From the NCBI GenBank assembly GCA_963666835.2, contig CAXXGO010000003.1:288001-352000 (forward strand): a stretch of 64,000 nucleotides of DNA. The letters run 5' to 3'. Position 1 is the first letter of the stretch. Each line of letters begins with the position of its first letter. Below, piece by piece: positions 56,996-64,000 of the stretch. The position numbers were made by a program, and so were the translations under genes. Under the pieces are notes generated by a model that worked only from the letters and a program-made list of their open reading frames with translations, was not told the origin of the DNA and searched no databases. This DNA is from Phycisphaerae bacterium. GTDB taxonomy: Bacteria > Planctomycetota > Phycisphaerae > UBA1845.

Positions 56996-58537
56996 ATGGC
57001 CATAACGGGTGTGACATCCGCGCGCGCAGGGGCTGTAAGCGCCACGCTGCAGGCTCTTCTGAGCCGGAAGGTTGGTCTGGCGTCTTCGCAAACGGAAGTT
57101 GCGACTACGACGGACCCTCTTGGCCCCGCGGTGCTACTGGAAAGCTCGAACAACCTCAGATCCGACGGGCTGTACAACTCACTCGGGCAGCTACTGATCG
57201 CGAATCAGCCCGCCATCGCTATCGCTGAAGGCACGACCGAAGCCGAAACACAGTCGCTTGCAATTACCGCCGCGGCCGAGCGAATCAGCGGCGGTGATCT
57301 CAGTGGTGGCCGGGCGGATGCCGAGGAGATTCTGAAGGACGATCCGAAGAACATCGAGGCGGTGCGTCTTGTCGCAGTGACGTATTTGCTCGAGGGTGAC
57401 TACCGGCAGGCGGAGCAGATGTACTCGCGGGCGGCGGCGTTGGTGCCGGACAACGCCGGCTACCAGGATGACGTGCGTATTGCGCAGTCGCTGCAAAGTA
57501 GTGATGAGGAGGTCCTCGCAGTTGCCCGGCGGGAAATGACGAATCCGGCGACTCGGAATCGAGCTATGCGTCTCCTCGGACAGTTGACGGGCCGATCGCC
57601 GGATAGCCTTGACGCGTATTTAGCATTGGCGGACGGTTTCACTTTGGCTCAGAAGCCCGAAAGCGTTTTCGCCGCCCTTGCTGGGGCCGCCGAGCGCGCC
57701 GGCGACTCTCGAATCGACGAGGTTGCGAGTCGGGCGCGAGATGTTGCGGCGCGACTTCCTCAGGTGGCTTCGGTGCACAACCTCCTGGGCCGCGTCTTGC
57801 TCCAAACCGGAGATCTCGACGAGGGGATCACTGAGCTGACTCAGGCTGCCGACCTCGATCCGTACGAGCTTTCATTCGGCACGGATCTGGCGGTTGGATA
57901 CGCGACACGATCTTTGAGTCGGCTCGAATCCGGAGACTTATCCGGGGCGCGGATGGACGTAACCGCCGCGAAAGTCATCGCCCCAACGGATCCGGTTGTG
58001 GCCGAGGCTACCGCCCGGGTGGCGGTCTATGAGGCTCGACGAGATATCGCAACCCAGCGGTACAGCTCGGCTCTTGGAAAACTGAGCATCGCTTACTACA
58101 AGCGTCCGGGCGATGCCGAGTTCGCCGAGAAACTGGCCGCGTTGTACACCGGGCTGGGCACCCATCTCGAGGGACGAAGTGACGATGCCCTGGCCTTATC
58201 TGCCTTCGCCAAAGCGTATGCTCTGGACCCGTCTTCGACTGTTGCCCGCAAGAAGGTGGCCGAGCTGAGTTTCTCGTTGGGCGTTGAAGCGGTCGATGCG
58301 AAGGACTACGACAAGGCCATAACCATGCTCGAACAGGCTTACGAGACCTACCGCCTTAGCTCCGATTACGGACAAGCTCTGGCAAACGCCTACGATCTGC
58401 GCGGTCAGCTCCGGGTCAGTCTGGATGAACTCGATCTGGCCATCGAGGACTTCAAGAGAGGTTCCTCGGTGGATCCGACCAACACGTCCCTAAGCGCTCA
58501 TTACGCCGCGGCCGTCAACCAGAAGAACGAGTCGTAG
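56996..58537 (+). CDS. Tetratricopeptide repeat protein
   Basis: Repeated helical A..L.P / LG...G...A TPR patterns. Confidence 0.75.
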   Translation: MAITGVTSARAGAVSATLQALLSRKVGLASSQTEVATTTDPLGPAVLLESSNNLRSDGLYNSLGQLLIANQPAIAIAEGTTEAETQSLAITAAAERISGGDLSGGRADAEEILKDDPKNIEAVRLVAVTYLLEGDYRQAEQMYSRAAALVPDNAGYQDDVRIAQSLQSSDEEVLAVARREMTNPATRNRAMRLLGQLTGRSPDSLDAYLALADGFTLAQKPESVFAALAGAAERAGDSRIDEVASRARDVAARLPQVASVHNLLGRVLLQTGDLDEGITELTQAADLDPYELSFGTDLAVGYATRSLSRLESGDLSGARMDVTAAKVIAPTDPVVAEATARVAVYEARRDIATQRYSSALGKLSIAYYKRPGDAEFAEKLAALYTGLGTHLEGRSDDALALSAFAKAYALDPSSTVARKKVAELSFSLGVEAVDAKDYDKAITMLEQAYETYRLSSDYGQALANAYDLRGQLRVSLDELDLAIEDFKRGSSVDPTNTSLSAHYAAAVNQKNES

Positions 58538-58977
58538 TCAGCCCTAGAGTGCCCCATCCTTCGCCCTGCGTAATCTCTCAGCAGGCAGAAGAGCCGCGTA
58601 GACAGGTGCGGTTACGGTATACGCGACATCTCCCAGGCGAAGGTTGGCGGACTGACTGCGGAGCGAGTCTGTTTCGGCTTCTCGTCCGTTCCCCACCCAT
58701 CCCGGCGGGAATTCGGCGCGGCTGTCCCGACCCCGAAACCGCCGGGATGGATGGGGCACCCGCGCGCCGCCCCGCACAATTGGCTTGGTGTCCGTTCTTG
58801 TCCAGGAGCCGACTCGGATCGTGGAAACAGATGCCGTACGCCGGTACCATGTGCGGCATGCTTAACAGAGCCGGGCGGCCTGCCGGCCGCTTCGTTCTGT
58901 TCGTAGCGGGGTGGACTGCGCGACGGTCCTCCCTTGGAGGATTCAGACAAGCGTTGGGCGATAGCACGGACGAAGCG

Positions 58978-61900
58978 ATGTTGCGGTACTCGAACGACTT
59001 TGCGTCGGCTACAGCTTGCCCGACGGTCGAGGTCGCTGGTCGTTTCGCCGCCCAAGGTCGCGGCTGCCCATGGCGCACGATAGCCTCGGCACTTATAGTC
59101 TTGGCGTGCAGTACCGCGTGCGCCCAAACCGAGCCGGACCTGAGCCGCGTTCCGGTCGACGGTGTAAATAGGGCGTTGACGGTCGAGACCGTCGAAGCGA
59201 TCACGATAGACGTGCCCGCGCCGATCGCGAACTTGTTTGCCCAGGCCGAAACTGGAATCGAGCGCGCTGATTGGAAACTTGCGGTCGACTGCCTGCAGCA
59301 TGTAGTGGACGACCCGGACCAGGCTCTGATCCGCCGACCTGACGATGGCCTTCCCGACGCGATCGTTTACGAATCTGCACGGTCTCGGGCCTTACGGATG
59401 TTGGCACAGCTCCCTCCGGAAGGTCTTGAAACGTACCGTCTGCTTTACGACGGTAATGCGAAGGGCAAGCTCACCCGGGCTCTGGCGACCGGTGACGTAT
59501 CCGGACTGCGGGTGGTCGCCGAACGCCTCTTGCTCACCCGGCACGGTGACGACGCGGCCGATCAGTTGGCTTCATGGGCTCTGGATGCGGGTCGCCCTGC
59601 GGAAGTGATCCAAGTGTTGGAGCCGCTTCGCGAGCTGGTTGCCGATGGCGATGTACCCGAGCACCTTATCGTGGCCAAGCTGGCGACGGCTTATGCAATG
59701 CTCGGCTGCGCAAGCGAGGCGCAGGCGGTGCTCGATGACTATCTGATACGCATGCGCGGCGTCCAAGCCGCGCCTGAGTGGATGAAAGAGCTGCGCGACC
59801 ATCTGCCAACGCAGCTCCTGACGGGCACAACAACGGTGCAAACCTCCGCTTGGCCCTTACCGGGGGGTTCCCCGGCACGCCGTGGACTTATGGCTCCGGT
59901 GAATCCTGCGCTGGTAGAAAGGCTGCCCTGGTACCACCGGGCCAGTCGCGCGAGAGCGCCTCGGTGGCCGCGAGCCCTCGATGAAGACCCGGCACACCCC
60001 GCGGAGCTACCTTCACCCCAGGTGGTTGCGGACGGTGGGCGGGTCTATGTACGTTTACCTCACAGTGTGCGGGCACTCAGCGCTAACGATCTTTCTCTGG
60101 TTTGGCAGGTTCCCCCGGCCGTTGAATCCGATGGTGAGTATGGACATCACCATCAGTTTCGCCCGGCCGGGTCGAATGAGCTTCCCGATGCAAGTCGGGA
60201 TTTTTTCAGCGACGTCGTCGTGACACAAGGTATGGTGATTGCCCTGGAAGGCGGAGATTCGCTTCTCGGGCTAGCGGACCTTGCGGAGCAATGGCTCCGG
60301 CGGGCCAACGCGGAACCACAGATTCTCGATCGGCGCACCCGGCTTGTTGCGCTCGATGCTCGGGATGGGCGAAAACTGTGGACGGCCGGACGATCCGCGG
60401 ATCCCGAAGACCCGCTCGGGAATGTAGAGTTCTGCGCCGTGCCGCTTGCCGTGGAAGGCAACCTGTGGGTGCCGTTCTGCAGAAACACGGCTCTGTGCGT
60501 GGGGGTTCTTAAGCCGAAGAACGGCACACTTGTGCGGGAGATACTACTCGGCTCCGTCGGTGAACTCATTGGCATGCCGCGGCAGGCGATGCGGCTTACA
60601 CACGCCTACGGAAAGGTCTTTGTTCCCTCGGGGCGCGGGGTGCTCTTCGCGGTCGAGGCTGACGATTTCACCCTCAGTTGGGCCGCCAGATTCGCCAATC
60701 CGCCGACGGATGCCGCAGCCTTGGCTATCGCGGATCGCTCTCGGTGGGTTCCCGCGCCCGCCGTGGCGGTCGGTGGTGCTATCGTGGTTCCGCCGACAGA
60801 ATGTTCGGAGCTGATGGCCTTCTCTGCCGTCACCGGTGAGCTACGCTGGACTGCCGAAGCTTCACGAGTGTCGTACATTGCGGCCGCAGACGACTCCTTC
60901 ATCTGGCTCGGTGGACGTGATATTTCGTGCCTGTCCGTGGCCGACGGCAGTTGTGTATGGACGACTCCGCTTGCATCGACTCCTACGGGTCGTGCTGCTG
61001 TGGCGGGAGACGTTGTCCTTGTTCCCACTCTGGCGGGTCTTTCCTTTCTAGACGCGGCGGTTGGAACCGTGATCCGGCAACAGCCTCTCCCCGGCGGCGC
61101 CTATCCCTTGGGAAACCTGTTGAGCTACGATTCGGCCCTGTACAGCGCCGACGCATCCGGAGTCCGTCGATACCCCGACCTCGACGCCGGATTCGCCAGG
61201 GCTTGCGATCGCTATGAAGGTGATCCGAACGACCCCACCGCTGCAGCCGAGCTAGTCTGGCTGGAGCTCTTTCGTGGACACCCTCAACGCGCCTTGGACA
61301 TTGCCGAGCGGATCCCGCCGGCTGCCGGGACGTTAACCCAAGGGCGCGTGGAGGCGCTCTTGGCGAAAGCTGACATGGAGCCGGCAAGCGCGCGGGATCT
61401 TCTTACACGGGCAACCGAAATCGCTCGGGCCAACACCGACAGGCTGCGCGCCACCGTGGCTCTGACTGAGCATCTCGCGTCCGAGGGACTGTATCTGGAG
61501 GCGACTCGGGCTCTTTGGGACGTCGGTTTGAACGCCGATTCTAAAGGTCTTGTGCCGCTGGGCCGATACGTTCGCGGTTCCGTCCACTTGGCAATCGCCC
61601 GGCACCTTCGGGCAATCGAACAACGTCTGACCGGCAGCGAGCGACGGCAGATCGAGGATTACGTGAGCGAACAGATTGCGTCGGCAGAGAGTGTTCTTGG
61701 TGATTCACAGGGTAGTCGCGATGCCGCTCGGCGATTACGTGCGATTGCCGACCTCGCTGCTTCTTCAACAAGGCAGCGAGCACTTCTGTCGCTTGCCCGG
61801 TGGCGACGCGAGCAGGACCGCTCGGAGCAGGCCGAACAGCTTCTTCTCGAAGCCACACGAATACATGCTGATCCGGAGCTGTCCGCGCGAGCTCGGTTGG

Positions 61901-63465
61901 AATTATGCGATACCTACCTGGACGGGCTCCCGCAACGACCTCAGGCAACATTGGATTGCATGAACGAGTTGGAGCGTCAGTATGGTGGCATGCCTCTTCC
62001 AGAACCTGGCGCGCGCGCCGGAGAACGAACTTTAAAAACAGAGCAAGCCCGGACCATCGCAGATTGGGTCGAAACCGCACGGCGCAGAATGCCACGTAAT
62101 CTCCCGGTGGCGACACCCTGGGGTCCGGCGCCGCCGCAGGTGGTTCTTACCGGGGCAGCCGATTGGACCCTGTCGACCGCCGCTATGGTTACCAAGCCTA
62201 GACTGGTACGTTTCGCCGACGGTGTCTCTGCCGCTATCGAGGACCGTTTTGTGTTCATGGAAGCTCGAGATCGCGTGCAGGCCATCGATGCCGACACCAA
62301 GTTGACATTGTGGGATGCGGAGCTTCGCCCTCCGGAGACGTTCTTCGAAACGCCGTCTGACGAGGGCGCACCAAGCGAGAGTGAGCGACGAGCCGTCGCC
62401 GACGGCGAGATCGCAGTGTTTCGCCGAAAGGAGGGACTGTATGCCGTCGGACTCATTACCGGTCGCAGGCTCTGGTTCAGGCCGCACTATTCGACGTACA
62501 CTCCGCCGGTTCCTTCAGGTCCGGACCTGACCGCGGCGGCGCATCACGGGCAGTTGGCCGCCATGCTGGGACCGGATCATCTGGCACTGTTGCGTCTGAC
62601 CGATGGATCGACAATCTGGGAGAGCAACCTCCGCGGTGAGCCCGTCAGTCACATTCGCTTCTCGGGCGATTATGTACTTGCGCTGGATGATAGCCTGGAA
62701 CGCGCGAGCGTGTTCGACCGGGCGAATGGCCGGCTCGTTCAACGTATCCGGTTCCGGCAAGCCGACCCGGAGGTGGCACCGGTGAGGGTCATTCACGCTG
62801 GAGGGATGTTGTGTGGTCCGCGCTGCAACGACAACGCCGATCGTGTGGCGGGGGTGGAAACGTCCACCGGCCGTACGGTTTGGGAGATTGCGCTCGAGAA
62901 GCCGCTGGTCCAGATCTTCCATCTGCAGGGCGAACTTGTGGGGATCGCCATGCTGGGAGGCGACGTTCGAATCGTTGAAGCCGCCACCGGAAACGTCGTA
63001 CTCGCCACCTCTGTCCGCGGGGCACGCATGGTAACGGACGCGATTTTGTTCGATGGGATCCTGGTTGCGCGACATATTCGACGGGTCGGGGCTGAGCGTC
63101 GGGTCGGTCTTGTCGCGATTGACATCGCTTCGGGAGATTCCCTCTGGCGGCGACGTGATCTCGTTTCCGATGTCGGCGTGAACGAGGCGCTCCGTCTTAT
63201 CGGCGGCGTGATCCCCGCATTAGTGGAGTATCGCGATTCCCTCCGCGCGCGGTATCCCGCCAAAGGGCTGGTAATGATAGATGCCCGGACCGGTGAGAAC
63301 GTGGGTCCGGGCGTGGAACTCATCGCAGCCGAAACGCGGGCCACGCTGACCGACGATGTCCACATCCGGCCGGGCGGGATTCTGGTCGGCACCAGTAACA
63401 CAATGTTCTCCCTGCCGATGAGATCGGCCGAGGAACCGATCATTCCCTCGGGAGAAGCTGAGTGA
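58978..63465 (+). CDS. Large PQQ-like beta-propeller + TPR protein
   Basis: Repeated ALD..G..LW motifs in two propeller regions separated by helical repeats; true start uncertain (58831-58978). Confidence 0.7.
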   Translation: MLRYSNDFASATACPTVEVAGRFAAQGRGCPWRTIASALIVLACSTACAQTEPDLSRVPVDGVNRALTVETVEAITIDVPAPIANLFAQAETGIERADWKLAVDCLQHVVDDPDQALIRRPDDGLPDAIVYESARSRALRMLAQLPPEGLETYRLLYDGNAKGKLTRALATGDVSGLRVVAERLLLTRHGDDAADQLASWALDAGRPAEVIQVLEPLRELVADGDVPEHLIVAKLATAYAMLGCASEAQAVLDDYLIRMRGVQAAPEWMKELRDHLPTQLLTGTTTVQTSAWPLPGGSPARRGLMAPVNPALVERLPWYHRASRARAPRWPRALDEDPAHPAELPSPQVVADGGRVYVRLPHSVRALSANDLSLVWQVPPAVESDGEYGHHHQFRPAGSNELPDASRDFFSDVVVTQGMVIALEGGDSLLGLADLAEQWLRRANAEPQILDRRTRLVALDARDGRKLWTAGRSADPEDPLGNVEFCAVPLAVEGNLWVPFCRNTALCVGVLKPKNGTLVREILLGSVGELIGMPRQAMRLTHAYGKVFVPSGRGVLFAVEADDFTLSWAARFANPPTDAAALAIADRSRWVPAPAVAVGGAIVVPPTECSELMAFSAVTGELRWTAEASRVSYIAAADDSFIWLGGRDISCLSVADGSCVWTTPLASTPTGRAAVAGDVVLVPTLAGLSFLDAAVGTVIRQQPLPGGAYPLGNLLSYDSALYSADASGVRRYPDLDAGFARACDRYEGDPNDPTAAAELVWLELFRGHPQRALDIAERIPPAAGTLTQGRVEALLAKADMEPASARDLLTRATEIARANTDRLRATVALTEHLASEGLYLEATRALWDVGLNADSKGLVPLGRYVRGSVHLAIARHLRAIEQRLTGSERRQIEDYVSEQIASAESVLGDSQGSRDAARRLRAIADLAASSTRQRALLSLARWRREQDRSEQAEQLLLEATRIHADPELSARARLELCDTYLDGLPQRPQATLDCMNELERQYGGMPLPEPGARAGERTLKTEQARTIADWVETARRRMPRNLPVATPWGPAPPQVVLTGAADWTLSTAAMVTKPRLVRFADGVSAAIEDRFVFMEARDRVQAIDADTKLTLWDAELRPPETFFETPSDEGAPSESERRAVADGEIAVFRRKEGLYAVGLITGRRLWFRPHYSTYTPPVPSGPDLTAAAHHGQLAAMLGPDHLALLRLTDGSTIWESNLRGEPVSHIRFSGDYVLALDDSLERASVFDRANGRLVQRIRFRQADPEVAPVRVIHAGGMLCGPRCNDNADRVAGVETSTGRTVWEIALEKPLVQIFHLQGELVGIAMLGGDVRIVEAATGNVVLATSVRGARMVTDAILFDGILVARHIRRVGAERRVGLVAIDIASGDSLWRRRDLVSDVGVNEALRLIGGVIPALVEYRDSLRARYPAKGLVMIDARTGENVGPGVELIAAETRATLTDDVHIRPGGILVGTSNTMFSLPMRSAEEPIIPSGEAE

Positions 63466-64000
63466 CAATCATTCTCCGAGCGTTGATTACGATAATGAGT
63501 CTGCTCGGGATCGTCCCGGCGACGGCAATCGGGGCGGATCCACCAACAGCTCCCCCACCACCGGTACGACGCCCATCCGGAATCACTTCAGAAACGGAGC
63601 AGGCCATCAATCGAGGACTGGCCTATCTGGTTCGCAGGCAGGATCATCAGGGGTCCTGGGCTAACCGGGACGGTCACGGCGAGTACACGGTGGCAATGAC
63701 CGCCTTAGCCGGACTGGCCCTGGTTATGGACGGCAACACGACCACCCAGGGACGATACGCACCACAGGTCGACCGAGCCACGAAGTTCCTGCTCGATTCC
63801 GCCGGCTCGAACGGCTTGATCAGTAGAGGGAAGTACGATTCCCGGCCCATGTACGGGCACGGCTTTGCGATGCTCTTCTTCGGGCAAGTATACGGGATGA
63901 CCGAAGACGCCGCCCGCGCTCGGGAAATCCACCACGCCCTGTCAGGAGGCGTGAACCTGATCGCTCGGGCGCAAAGTCGATTGGGAGGATGGTACTATAC
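63462..64000 (+). CDS. Prenyltransferase/squalene-oxidase repeat protein (partial)
   Basis: Not in ORF track: GTG overlapping previous stop; signal peptide, AINRGLAYL..RQ...GSW, TALAGLAL, MYGHGFAMLF, AQSRLGGWYY; runs off the window. Confidence 0.82.
   Translation, partial: MTIILRALITIMSLLGIVPATAIGADPPTAPPPPVRRPSGITSETEQAINRGLAYLVRRQDHQGSWANRDGHGEYTVAMTALAGLALVMDGNTTTQGRYAPQVDRATKFLLDSAGSNGLISRGKYDSRPMYGHGFAMLFFGQVYGMTEDAARAREIHHALSGGVNLIARAQSRLGGWYY

Noticed and set aside
58549..58977. Long N-terminal extensions in the ORF track (also at 1406, 50829, 35734, 39972)
   Set aside because: Low-complexity sequence upstream of better starts or overlapping neighbouring genes; starts were trimmed

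Overview
GC-rich bacterial chromosomal segment, most likely Planctomycetota (Phycisphaerae-like). This is inferred from the HYExAFE-family gene, a GPTAxEY Flp pilin, a PQQ/TPR + prenyltransferase-repeat pair and many Cys-rich secreted proteins. Housekeeping content: rpmF-plsX-fabH-fabD-fabG-acpP-fabF, nth, cca, rsmD, nifJ (PFOR), a DUF47-PiT phosphate uptake pair, an M42 peptidase, a two-component pair and a glycan-modification cluster (GH20, deacetylase, methyltransferase, GT4). No rRNA, tRNA or CRISPR array was seen. Most notable: (1) a 28-bp dif-like XerC/XerD site at 44012-44039 next to an orphan gene with a HEPN-type RxxxxH motif; (2) a set of secreted proteins with four different C-terminal tags, including a ~185-aa dockerin-containing module shared by two unrelated proteins, and an IPTL-CTERM-like anchored tetraheme cytochrome c; (3) an internally deleted IS200/RAYT-like element with REP-like inverted ends; (4) a one-base frameshift splitting a large Cys-rich surface protein; (5) two strong palindromic operator candidates. 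Three real genes are missing from the ORF track: GH20, the Flp pilin and the terminal prenyltransferase-repeat gene. All functional calls come from motif recognition; no searches were run.
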